From Candidatus Bathyarchaeota archaeon (GTDB lineage Archaea > Thermoproteota > Bathyarchaeia > Bathyarchaeales > Bathycorpusculaceae): a stretch of 64,000 nucleotides of DNA. The translations under genes and the position numbers were made by a program. Within the stretch, counting starts at the first letter, position 1. Each line of letters starts with the position of its first letter. Below are positions 10,674 through 19,942 of this stretch, one piece after another. The stretch covers positions 2,816,001-2,880,000 of the forward strand of contig OY970340.1 in assembly GCA_963717465.1 (NCBI GenBank). Reading direction: 5' to 3'. The notes beneath the pieces are model-generated. The model searched no databases. It had not been told where the DNA came from and was given only the letters and a program-made list of their open reading frames with translations.

Positions 10674-10901
10674 ATTTTCACCAATATCAAATTTTTCTTA
10701 ATGCATAATAGGCGCATGAGCTAAATCGATATTTTTCCAGGATTTTTTCTGGTTACTGGCAACGCCATTATCGTTACATTCAATTGAGTTACTATGAACC
10801 ATCCTCATCTTCGGGTGTGTCAATATCAGATTTTTCAATGTTTGTCGTCCTTTCTGCTTAATTAGCGCACGCTACCATTCGAGAAAAATATTTCATTCGA
10901 A

Positions 10902-10950
10902 ATTTAAGTTCTCGCTTAAAATTTAACAGAGAAATGATAAGTTCCATTCA
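10902..10950 (-). promoter_or_regulatory. Second-type promoter upstream of SCP2-gcvH
   Basis: Same 15-mer as 9075-9089. Confidence 0.6.
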
Positions 10951-11362
10951 GAAACAAGGTTTTTATCAAAATATTGTTCACAAGCTGTGATTAGTCTGAA
11001 AAATAATTTAAACCAATATACAATATCGCTTGTCAATACTAAATATAATTTTGCGCATACGCACAAAATACTGCATAGCAAAATTCAAAGATTAAAACTA
11101 AAAACCTTTGAATAAACTTCAATTTTTCATTTTCATCAATTTACGAAGAAGCCTCAAATAAATTCGATTCATTTGATTGAAAAAACGAAAAATTTTTGAT
11201 TTTTACTCGCCCGAGTTTTGAGAATACGCTCTATTAGTCATCTCTGGCGCACTATTCCACTTATCATGCAATTCGGATACGAATTAGCACACATGCTTAG
11301 CTTTTGCATTTCGTTATGCAAAATTATTCACGAGTTTAGGTTCAAACGGTTGTGAGTTCTTT

Positions 11363-13555
11363 TTAAATATTCAATTTTTTATAGCGCGCTATTAAAATTT
11401 CTTCGCTTTCTTTGACCACTTCTTCAAATTCAACTATAACGTCTCCTCCACCAGTGCCCGCGTACGCTTTAATTAAACCCTTAACATTTGACTTAGAAAA
11501 AACCTGTTTTCCAACGAATCTGGAAGCACTTCCATCATTATTGAAGAACCCATTTACAATGTAAGTTTTGTTTTCCAGTTTTGATTTTACATTGCCAGAT
11601 TTTGTTTTATTCAACATAAATTGATGTTCAGAATTTAATTCAGTAACTATGCCTGCGCCAATCAGTCTAAAATCCTTAGAATCAAGCCTGTTGTTGAATA
11701 AAAGGACAGTGCCGCCTATTTCCACTGGAACTGGCATCTTGAACTTAATATAAGCCATACATGTTTCTCCTGCTCTAACCGACGGTTTTAATACAAATTT
11801 GTCATTTTCGATGACGTATGGAAATAAGGTGGCAGGTACCTCGAAAAGTCCAACGAACGCGTTTATTTTGCTTTTTGGAATAATCGTGTGCCAGTACCAT
11901 CTTTCCATATTTAGTTCTATAAGCACTCGGTTTGTAGATTTAATCGAGCTAGGTGCGCAAGCTACGAAACCCTGATGAGCATTCTCGGGTCTAACATTTT
12001 TGAAAGCCAACCCAACTCTGTCTCCAGCCGTGGCTTCCTCTGCATCCTCTCCAAAATTCCATAAGGATTGCACATGTCCGTATTCGCCATTTGGCTGAAT
12101 CTCAACTATATCCTTAAGTTTGACTTTTCCTCGTTGAATTGTTCCGGTTAAAACTGTACCGATGCCAGCGACTATAAGCGAATGATCGATAGGCATCTTA
12201 AACTGCCCCGTCAATTGCTTAATAGCGGGTTTAACCGATGCCTGTATTTCATTCTTTAACTCCTCGATGCCATCTCTTTTTACACTTGACACGTTAACTA
12301 TCTTGGCATTCTCATATCTTGTTCCTTTTAGCATTAATGTGATTTTCTTTCTCACTTCTTCTACTCTTTCCGGAGAAGCTGCATCGATCTTACTCAACAC
12401 AACAACAAGTTTGTCGATTCCCAGATTTTTAATAACGGAAAAGTGTTCAACGCTCTGAATTTGCAGACCTAAATCAGCTGCAACAACCAGAATAGCCATG
12501 TCGGTCATGTTCGCTCCTACAACTGCATGTTTTATCAAATTATAATTCCCGGGCATTTCAACCAAAGTAATGGCATTCTTATTTAACCTAAATGGGTAAA
12601 ATTCCATGTCAAAAAGTCTGCTAAGCGGAGCTGTATATGATTTGTCGAGAGCAGAAATTGATGATTTACCTGTTAACTGCCGAGCAAGCATAGTTTTTCC
12701 ATGTTTGCAATGTCCGAATAGTCCCACGTGGAATTCTGGACCCATTTCTTTAGTATTTGAAATATCAAATTCGGTGGCAATCTTGTTAGCTTGTTCAAGG
12801 AATTCTCTAATAACAATATCTGCTTGTAAGCCTTCTATCAGTGCTTTCTTGATGGTTTCGTTTCTTAGAATAGGAAGAGAAATAGCTAAGTCAGCATTTT
12901 TATATCGCGTCGCGACTTCCGCCATTATCTTTCTGGTTTCGCGTTCAATTTTTCTAATCTTCAGCTTTTTTTCATCCTCGATAATGTTAATCGGTTTACT
13001 CCTTATTGGGCTTGCCAACCCTTCAAGCACTGCCTTTACAATGATGCCTGCAATTTGCTCTAAATCTTGTTTGCTAGGGTCTATAACTGCTATTGGTTTA
13101 TCCCACCTAAATTCGCCGCCTGGGCGATCAAATTTTTGGTTGATTTCTTCAATGATTGACGACGCGATAGGTACACTTCGTTCCTTGTTCCATTTAATTG
13201 CAACTTCAAGAGAGGTATCTACGAGCACAATATTGTAGTCTGCGTTGGCTTTTCTTGCGATTCCCCGCAGTGTTCGCCTCATTGATTTAAAATAGTTTGA
13301 ATCATCGTTTATTACTAGAAAACCTTTTTCTAGGGCTAACTCAACGGTATTAACAAAAACAGCTTTAACTGAGGTTTCTCTTTCAGGCTTAAATCCCTGG
13401 TAAGAAAAAGAAGCCATTTTCTTAAAATCTTCTGAACTGATAATAATTGTTGAAATGTTATGTTTAGTCTCAAGAATCTCGGCAACTTTTTTTGCAATTG
13501 TTGTTTTGCCTGAAGAGGGTAATCCGCATATAACAAGCAGATACGGATAGCCCAT
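11363..13555 (-). CDS. pstK-selB: Fusion of O-phosphoseryl-tRNA(Sec) kinase (PSTK, N-terminal) and Sec-specific elongation factor SelB (C-terminal)
   Basis: N-terminus GLPSSGKT, DDSNYFKSMRR, WNKER, KFDRPG..RWDKP (PSTK/KTI12 family); C-terminus VGLFGHCKHGKT..SISALDK, MPIDHS..GIGTVLTGT, GDRVGL, RLD..FRLIGAG (archaeal SelB); adjacent to a tRNA with UCA anticodon. Confidence 0.88.
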   Translation of the reverse strand: MGYPYLLVICGLPSSGKTTIAKKVAEILETKHNISTIIISSEDFKKMASFSYQGFKPERETSVKAVFVNTVELALEKGFLVINDDSNYFKSMRRTLRGIARKANADYNIVLVDTSLEVAIKWNKERSVPIASSIIEEINQKFDRPGGEFRWDKPIAVIDPSKQDLEQIAGIIVKAVLEGLASPIRSKPINIIEDEKKLKIRKIERETRKIMAEVATRYKNADLAISLPILRNETIKKALIEGLQADIVIREFLEQANKIATEFDISNTKEMGPEFHVGLFGHCKHGKTMLARQLTGKSSISALDKSYTAPLSRLFDMEFYPFRLNKNAITLVEMPGNYNLIKHAVVGANMTDMAILVVAADLGLQIQSVEHFSVIKNLGIDKLVVVLSKIDAASPERVEEVRKKITLMLKGTRYENAKIVNVSSVKRDGIEELKNEIQASVKPAIKQLTGQFKMPIDHSLIVAGIGTVLTGTIQRGKVKLKDIVEIQPNGEYGHVQSLWNFGEDAEEATAGDRVGLAFKNVRPENAHQGFVACAPSSIKSTNRVLIELNMERWYWHTIIPKSKINAFVGLFEVPATLFPYVIENDKFVLKPSVRAGETCMAYIKFKMPVPVEIGGTVLLFNNRLDSKDFRLIGAGIVTELNSEHQFMLNKTKSGNVKSKLENKTYIVNGFFNNDGSASRFVGKQVFSKSNVKGLIKAYAGTGGGDVIVEFEEVVKESEEILIARYKKLNI

Positions 13556-13633
13556 TAACGAAGCACCTGGCTTTCTTGCGATAAATCAGCAAAACAGCGA
13601 ATATTGCAAAAACGCTTGAGTGCGAGAGCGAAA

Positions 13634-13725
13634 TGGCGGCTCCCAAGGGGAATCGAACCCCGAGACCTTACCAGACTCATCGGATTTGAAGTCCGATGCC
13701 AGGACCACCTTAGCTGTAGGAAGCC
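13634..13725 (-). tRNA. selC: tRNA-Sec (anticodon UCA)
   Basis: 92 nt; 9-bp acceptor (one U-U), 4-bp T-stem GGGG/CCCC with TTCGATT loop, long D-stem with 4-nt loop, 6-bp anticodon stem ATCGGA/TCCGAT, loop CTTCAAA, long variable arm, discriminator G, encoded CCA. Confidence 0.93.
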
Positions 13726-13755
13726 ATAAGCTTTCCTTCATGCATGTCATCAATA

Positions 13756-14298
13756 TCATCCTATCGGCATTTTTGCAAATTCTGAGAGCATGTGCTTGGG
13801 ATACTCGTTATGTTGAGTTCTAAACAACCAATCTTTTTTGGCTAAGTCGTAGTCCCAGACCTTAATTCCTCTTCGGAAGCGTCTTTCAAAGCGGATCCAC
13901 ATGTACCTGTTTAACTTTTCACTTGCATCTATTTGACTTCTGGAAGGGGCAGAGTCTAAAATTATTTGCCCAGTTTTCATTTGACTAAAAACTTTGCATC
14001 CTGTTGAAAATTTTTCGGATTCATAAGGAAAGGCTTGGCATATCAAAGGTCTTTTGCTATATATCAGGCAATCATTTTTATCGTCTACATAAGGACAAAT
14101 AACCGTGTTCAATTGATAGAAAATAATTACATCGGGTTTGCTCATTCCAATTGCAACAGAAGGAGAAACAATATCTCTTGGAAATAGTTTGACTTCTTTC
14201 TCTGTAATAACCAGCCCCTTTTTGACGCCTCTAATGTCTTCCCAAAGATTTCGACAACAGGTACCACATTTCTTGCATTGAAATACTTTGCTCATCAC
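13756..14298 (-). CDS. YkgJ/FliB-family cysteine-cluster protein
   Basis: FQCKKCGTCC...CPY...C.IY..RPLICQAFPY. Confidence 0.85.
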   Translation of the reverse strand: MMSKVFQCKKCGTCCRNLWEDIRGVKKGLVITEKEVKLFPRDIVSPSVAIGMSKPDVIIFYQLNTVICPYVDDKNDCLIYSKRPLICQAFPYESEKFSTGCKVFSQMKTGQIILDSAPSRSQIDASEKLNRYMWIRFERRFRRGIKVWDYDLAKKDWLFRTQHNEYPKHMLSEFAKMPIG

Positions 14299-14324
14299 TT
14301 TTCAAACCAGAGTAAGTACGCTGA

Positions 14325-15212
14325 CTAGCTAACTTTTTTTATGACTGGTGTCACATCCACTTGATGGTATTCAAAGCCAAGTTCTTTTATTGGAAACCCC
14401 ATCGCAATGCCTAACAGTTGCTGGTAGTAAAGTACAGGCATGTTCAGGTTTTCGCCAAACTTTTCGTTTATGTAGGGTTGTATTACATCGTATTGATAGA
14501 AACAGGATGGACAAAGAAGTACAATGCAATCCGCTCCAGCTTGTTGAATTTGTACTAGTTTTTCTCTGGCCATGCTCAAGGCTGAGTTCTCATCAGCACT
14601 GGCAATCCCAGCTCCACAACAAAGCAATTTCGATTTATACTGAACAGTTTCCGCTCCGGTAGCCTCAGTTATTCTATCCAAAATCAAAGGTTTTTTTGAA
14701 TTATCAACACACAAAAGTTCGCTAGGTCTAAGAATATGGCAACCGTAATGGACTGCGACTTTTAAGCCATTTAATGGTTTAATCACGCTGTCTTTAATCT
14801 TATCAGCGCCGATATCCTCTGAAAAAACTTGGAGGACGTGCTTAATTTCAATATTACCCTTGAATTCCTTCCCTACTGAAGATAATATATTGTTTGCTTG
14901 CCTCCTAAGTTTTTCATGTTTCTTTAAATTAGTGTTTGTAGTCTTTAATGTTTCAAAGCAACCGTTACATACAGTCAATATATCTGTCCCCATGCTCTCA
15001 GCTATACAGATGTTTCTTGCAGCAAGTGAGAGATATGTCGTATAATCTATAGAAGGAATACTGAACGGGTTTGGACAACATCCAGCACCTTTTAGAGGCA
15101 ATAGCTCCACTCCAAACTTGCTCATTTGTTTTCTAGTTATGGCCTCCACGCAAATATGAGGAAGTGTAGATGACATCAAACATCCAGGGAAGAACGCATA
15201 CTTAGATGCCAC
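14325..15212 (-). CDS. hdrB: Heterodisulfide reductase subunit B
   Basis: Two CCG domains: FPGC, GCCP, CNGC, HYGCH, CCGAG, CPSC. Confidence 0.93.
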   Translation of the reverse strand: MASKYAFFPGCLMSSTLPHICVEAITRKQMSKFGVELLPLKGAGCCPNPFSIPSIDYTTYLSLAARNICIAESMGTDILTVCNGCFETLKTTNTNLKKHEKLRRQANNILSSVGKEFKGNIEIKHVLQVFSEDIGADKIKDSVIKPLNGLKVAVHYGCHILRPSELLCVDNSKKPLILDRITEATGAETVQYKSKLLCCGAGIASADENSALSMAREKLVQIQQAGADCIVLLCPSCFYQYDVIQPYINEKFGENLNMPVLYYQQLLGIAMGFPIKELGFEYHQVDVTPVIKKVS

Positions 15213-15214
15213 AA

Positions 15215-15736
15215 TTAACCCTCCTTTATTTCATAGCCGACAAGTCGATCAAACCCAGTGGTCCTCAAAATCTTTCGAATTTCCACTACATTGGGAGTTA
15301 GAGGCTCTGGTAAACACAATTCAGACCGTATTTTCATTGTTGCAGGGGATGGTTTTACTATAAGACCACTTTCAATTAGAGTAACTGCCTCAGCCTTTGG
15401 ACCATCAGGAATGTTCTTTAAAGATTTAACTGCTCTATTCTTAAACGCTTCAAGAATAGTTGGCACATCGACTTTTTTTGGGCACCCCTCTGAACAATTA
15501 TAACACGACATACAGAACCAAATTTTTTCGTTTTTTATCGTCAGCTTTTCGAAACCTAAATATGCGTCCTCAAGAAATTTTGTGGGATTAAACCCTTCAA
15601 TTAACTTAGCTGAAGGACAACCACGTGTACAAGCTCCACATTTGCTGCATAAGATCAGTGTTTCTCCTCCAGGAAATTTATCTAAATACAATTTAAATTC
15701 TGGATTGATCTTCTTTACGATTTCTTCCTTGACCAT
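15215..15736 (-). CDS. hdrC: Heterodisulfide reductase subunit C
   Basis: Two CxxCxxCxxxCP motifs; directly upstream of hdrB. Confidence 0.9.
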   Translation of the reverse strand: MVKEEIVKKINPEFKLYLDKFPGGETLILCSKCGACTRGCPSAKLIEGFNPTKFLEDAYLGFEKLTIKNEKIWFCMSCYNCSEGCPKKVDVPTILEAFKNRAVKSLKNIPDGPKAEAVTLIESGLIVKPSPATMKIRSELCLPEPLTPNVVEIRKILRTTGFDRLVGYEIKEG

Positions 15737-15798
15737 AATATTCCTCAAGCAATTATAGCAATCTTAAACTAACGCGCTATAACATGCCTTTCAAAGAA

Positions 15799-15877
15799 TA
15801 TTTAAGATAAATCAGATTCTAATTTCAGCTTCCCGCCACAAATCAGTCTCTATTTTTTATTATTTCTGACAATTGTC
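15799..15877 (-). promoter_or_regulatory. Conserved promoter/operator, copy B (upstream of hdrC-hdrB-ykgJ-selC-pstK/selB)
   Basis: 41/44 identity to 831-874; palindrome GACAATTGTC at 15868-15877. Confidence 0.8.
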
Positions 15878-16281
15878 TATGAAAGTAATTTCTTAAATAG
15901 CAATCTGTTAACCAAAAGATTCAGTGGAAAAAAGTCTGAAATTGATTAATAAATTAAAGAAAAAGGGCATGTGTACATTTGACATTTATTTTTACCCTTC
16001 ATTTTATTTATAGGACTAATTTCAGGTTACAAACCTCTGAGATTCCATTTGTCTTAGCACTTCCTGACTTTCGCTTAGATCCAGCATAAGGAAATATAAG
16101 ATCGAATTAAAGATTCTGAGCGCATTGCTTCTTAATTCCTCAGATGCAAATCTGTATCAAGCTAAAGAGGCATGTCTTTAGATCAATGTTTGGGTTGACG
16201 GTGTACAGACGTGTACACAATGAAAACTAATTATACAATCATCAAAAAATAAAATTAATAGTACTTATTATTATTTTAGCA

Positions 16282-17272
16282 TTATTCTCGCGGTGTTGCG
16301 CGTACTTTTATGACCTCCATTGTGGACCAACTCTTGACAGGCTTAGGACCCCCGCCCTCGGATACAATTCCGTGTAACCAATCAATCGCCATAGAAACTG
16401 CTCCTCCAGCTGCATTATATTGGCCTTCATATTTGAAGGTACGACCTCCAAATTTTAGGGTAGCAGCTTGCGGTTTACTGTTGTAATCTTTCTTAGCCCA
16501 TTCAACGGAAGCCTTTACATCATCGTTAATAGCAATTATTGGACGCTCACCTTGGCGGTGGAATGTTGCCAAAGCAAAATTTCCCGCACCTAGCATTGCA
16601 TTTCCACTCTCCCAGCGTCCATCGCTTAGGATTGAACCCCATACAAACCAATAATGCTCAAGGAGAGCTATCTTGGAGAAAAAGGAGCTTAACCAGGGTA
16701 AGCAGTACATACGATCGAGCCCGCCATAACCTCCGGTAATCTTGCTTCCGTTAATGCTGCCTGCCACAGTGCACCCAGAACTTGTATAGCCTACATCGTC
16801 AGGTAATCCTGGAACATAAATTGTTGTTACATTTTGTGGTAGAGGGGTTAATACCACGTCAATGTAATTATTGTCCTCTTTCCACAGATATTGCTTAGGA
16901 CCAAGAGAGATCTCAAGGCTGTGATTCAAAGCAAAGCTAGTCTGGACTAGCTGTATGGACCCCATCATTGTTTTGCCACATGATCGCACCCCAGTACAAA
17001 TCATTTTCGCCAGGAAATTTCACTGCTGCGGGATCAGCCCATATGTCCTTTGGACATTCAATGACCATGAAATCGAAAGCAACATTTTTCGTGAAAGCTC
17101 GATATAACTCATAACGTTTACCATCTTCCGTATCAGCCATAGCATAAATAAACGAAGAATCGTTGTAAATCCCTGGAAACTGTGAGTCGTGCGAAGAATA
17201 ATCTTGTAAACTTGCATCCGATAAATGTACATAGGGGATTATATTTATTTTGGATGTATCAAAAATAGCCAT
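16282..17272 (-). CDS. Hypothetical protein (~330 aa) split by a frameshift near 16960
   Basis: Overlapping ORFs 16937-17272 and 16282-17004; RBS AGGTGA; aromatic/Gly-rich; no family recognised. Confidence 0.7.
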
Positions 17273-17333
17273 TTTTTTGTCACCTTTTAACTATAATTCA
17301 TATATTAAGCGAAAATGTTTTGGCTATATGATA

Positions 17334-17412
17334 TATTTAAGATAAATCCTAAGTCGGGTTCAACTTTAAGCCACAAAACAAACTCTGTGTCTCATTATTT
17401 TCCACAATCGTT
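17334..17412 (-). promoter_or_regulatory. Conserved promoter/operator, copy C
   Basis: TATTTAAGATAAATC...GCCACAAAA...CACAATCGTT with the same spacing as copies A and B. Confidence 0.7.
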
Positions 17413-17518
17413 TCTAAAAGTATTTTTTAAACTGCACAATCAACTCAAAGTGCTTACCAACTATTTGAAACAAAAAAAGATTTGAAAGCGGATTAACTAG
17501 AAATGTACTTGGTATGTT

Positions 17519-17902
17519 TTAGTATTCAACATCTTTAAGTTCTTTCGAAGTTACCAGTAAACGTCCCAAAGCTTTTTGATTCTTCATTGCTTTCATCATG
17601 TTAAGTTTTAATTTGCTTTTCTGCACGTTTATCTCACCTTTGGCAACGCCTGCATGCATAGCATAGGTGGCAGTTCGACCGAATTCAACTTGATCAAGTT
17701 CTGAAGCTTTAGCCTCTCTAACTTCCGTATTCTTACCGTTTTCAGTCCTTATAAAGAAAGCTTTGGGCGATCCGTCGGGATTAAGCACATCAGTAAAGAT
17801 GTACAAGGAAGTCATACTTATGCCTGATTTAGTAAATTCCTCATCTTTGTTTAATGCATCTGACCATAGTTTATAATACTCCAAAGTTCCAAATTTAACC
17901 AA
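17519..17902 (-). CDS. SCP2-like protein (second copy)
   Basis: RBS GGAGGTGA then TTG; KFGTLEYYKLWSDALNKD, ATYAMH..VAKGEIN..KLKLNMMKAMK. Confidence 0.65.
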   Translation of the reverse strand: MVKFGTLEYYKLWSDALNKDEEFTKSGISMTSLYIFTDVLNPDGSPKAFFIRTENGKNTEVREAKASELDQVEFGRTATYAMHAGVAKGEINVQKSKLKLNMMKAMKNQKALGRLLVTSKELKDVEY

Positions 17903-18010
17903 ACTATTCACCTCCCAAAGGTGCAAATTGAAGCATACTTTTTCCCTGTCCTGATTTTACCATTCGTCTATGTTGATTTTTCTAAGTAAGAAAGTTAGCT
18001 CCTTGATGAA

Positions 18011-18090
18011 TATTTAAACTAAATCCAAAGCGGATTATAACTTTGAGGCACAAAATAAAACGATATTTCAAACAATCATTGACAATTGTT
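18011..18090 (-). promoter_or_regulatory. Conserved promoter/operator, copy D
   Basis: TATTTAAACTAAATC...GGCACAAAA...GACAATTGTT with the same spacing. Confidence 0.65.
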
Positions 18091-18615
18091 GCATCATGGA
18101 CGATGCTTCGGCATAATGTGTGTGCTGACCTTATTTCATCAGCGCGCTTGAAGCATCTCGACGCGCAAATTGAACAATGAATTTTCACACGGTCTCGACA
18201 AGCCAGCGCGCTAACGGACTCAAATAGTTGAACAAAAACAATTTCTGCTCTCAAGCCAAAGCAAACAAATGATCCATTTTTGTTTTGAAGCCAAAGGTCT
18301 CTCTTTGCCTTTGCTAATTCTTCAGCTAAATCTTTGATAATTCCTTCTAACGCGTTAAATGGGCCGTTAAATTTGGGATCTAGACATACTATCTCTCTGG
18401 TGCTTCCATTTTTTCATCAAACTTGACATCTCTAATTCCCAAATTTTTCAACTTGCTATTTACTGCAACGGATATGCTTTCTAAGTATCTAGCTTCTAAC
18501 ACTTTTTTGTCTTCAAGAGTTTCAGCATCTTCACACATCTTTCTTGCCCCCAAGTTCTCGTTAGCAGTTAAGTTCTTAATTTTTTCTCCACTAAAATAGT
18601 TGAACAGAAGCTCTC

Positions 18616-18756
18616 ATGATTTATAGCGCACAAGGAAACGACCAATTCATTGTTAAAGTCGCTGACAACTTAGACGATGCAATTAAGCTGATGGAAGTCG
18701 GGTTTGAGTATCACGCTGAAGTGGAAGGTCATAAACTCTTTAGGAAGCGAAAATAA
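18616..18756 (+). pseudogene. C-terminal remnant of a tyrosine recombinase/integrase
   Basis: Translates to ...DQFIVKVADNLDDAIKLMEVGFEYHAEVEGHKLFRKRK*, resembling the tail I recall from Bathyarchaeia integrases; no catalytic domain upstream. Confidence 0.65.
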
Positions 18757-18787
18757 TGACAAGAAACACAACGGATTATTTCTATAT

Positions 18788-19918
18788 TCAAGGGATTATT
18801 TCGCACCCGTTATACTTGATGTAATTAAAATCGCTTAAACTGACTTTGCCTTTTCTTATCAAATTCTTGATCCGTGGAATTTGTTCTGTCACGTCATCTA
18901 CGAGAGATTTAACCGTGCAACAGACGTCCGAGTATGCTTTGTTGTCCCATCTTTGCGTTAGATTTGTGTATAGGCATCTGCCGCCGCAGACGTTAAGAAT
19001 TGCGCATTTACTGCATGGAGGCTGATTAACAAACACTTTCTTTAGCTTAAGCGGATCAGCGTTGCCTATGTGACCTAAATAATGGTCTTTCATCCCCCAC
19101 ATTGTTGGACAAGCAATAATGTAACCGTCTGTTTGAATAGCATAGTTTATCCAGCCGCCGCCACAACGTAACAAGCATTCTTTTTCATCGTTTAAAAGCG
19201 AGTTCGCAATGCCAAGTATGGGGTAAAGCTTCAACACAACGCCTTTCTGCTCTATCATGTCCACCCAGAAACCAACGAGCTTTTTTACTCCCGGCATGTA
19301 GCTTTTCTCTGTCCAATCCTTAAAATTTCGTTTTGCGTAATCGTTTGACCAAAAACCTGCGTTCAGCTGCCAATGAACCGAGGAAAACTTGAACTCCTCA
19401 TTCTCAAACAGCCATCTGATTTGCGTGTGGATGTCTGTTTGCTCCATCACAGTCATTCGTGCAATCAATTCACCCATAAAACCATTCTTTCTAACCAGCT
19501 TCAGGTTATCGATGACTTTGCGAAAAGTGCCCTTACCTCGGTAATAATCCGTTAAAGCCTCATCACCGTCGATGGAGACAAGCATAGTGTGGAAGCGGTC
19601 TACATACTCTGGCTCCAACTTGTCAAGCAGCAAACCGTTAGTTTGAATCATAAAATGCTTAGGCTTAACACAATCCATAATCCGCTTAATCTCAGAAATG
19701 CACATTAAGGGTTCGCCGCCGTAAAAAGTCACCACGCAATCTGGGTCCCTGCGGCAGAAATTCGCGAGCAAATCTAAATCATAATTGATCTTTTTAGGTA
19801 AAGAGTAATCTACTTCAATTTGGTCGCCAAAATCCTCGTCAAAATCATCAAGGCTCTCGCCAAAACAGTACCTACACTGCAAATTGCACTGCGACGTCAG
19901 GATCACATGAAAGAACAT
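18788..19918 (-). CDS. Radical SAM/SPASM-domain protein (TIGR04084-like)
   Basis: CNLQCRYC, YGGEPL, SPASM cysteines CSKC..LNVCGGRC, C-terminal GCEIIP. Confidence 0.9.
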   Translation of the reverse strand: MFFHVILTSQCNLQCRYCFGESLDDFDEDFGDQIEVDYSLPKKINYDLDLLANFCRRDPDCVVTFYGGEPLMCISEIKRIMDCVKPKHFMIQTNGLLLDKLEPEYVDRFHTMLVSIDGDEALTDYYRGKGTFRKVIDNLKLVRKNGFMGELIARMTVMEQTDIHTQIRWLFENEEFKFSSVHWQLNAGFWSNDYAKRNFKDWTEKSYMPGVKKLVGFWVDMIEQKGVVLKLYPILGIANSLLNDEKECLLRCGGGWINYAIQTDGYIIACPTMWGMKDHYLGHIGNADPLKLKKVFVNQPPCSKCAILNVCGGRCLYTNLTQRWDNKAYSDVCCTVKSLVDDVTEQIPRIKNLIRKGKVSLSDFNYIKYNGCEIIP

Positions 19919-19942
19919 GCGTAAAATGTACATAATGCTTGT

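Noticed and set aside
10698..10838. 46-aa minus-strand ORF in the SCP2 leader
   Set aside because: No recognisable motif; cannot be distinguished from chance
13756..13758. Other terminal TGA stops (ykgJ, radical SAM, DUF89) as Sec codons
   Set aside because: The proteins are complete at those stops and no protein-like continuation follows
13620..13823. 67-aa ORF
   Set aside because: Antisense to tRNA-Sec and ykgJ
16937..16939. TAG ending ORF 16937-17272 as a pyrrolysine codon
   Set aside because: Read-through hits TGA within 8 codons; the protein continues in another frame
17982..18254. 90-aa ORF
   Set aside because: Overlaps promoter copy D and has no recognisable family; at most a decayed fragment
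18788..19918. Radical SAM/SPASM enzyme as the maturase of the 14-aa peptide
   Set aside because: Proximity is suggestive, but this family is widespread in archaea and nothing in the sequence ties it to the peptide
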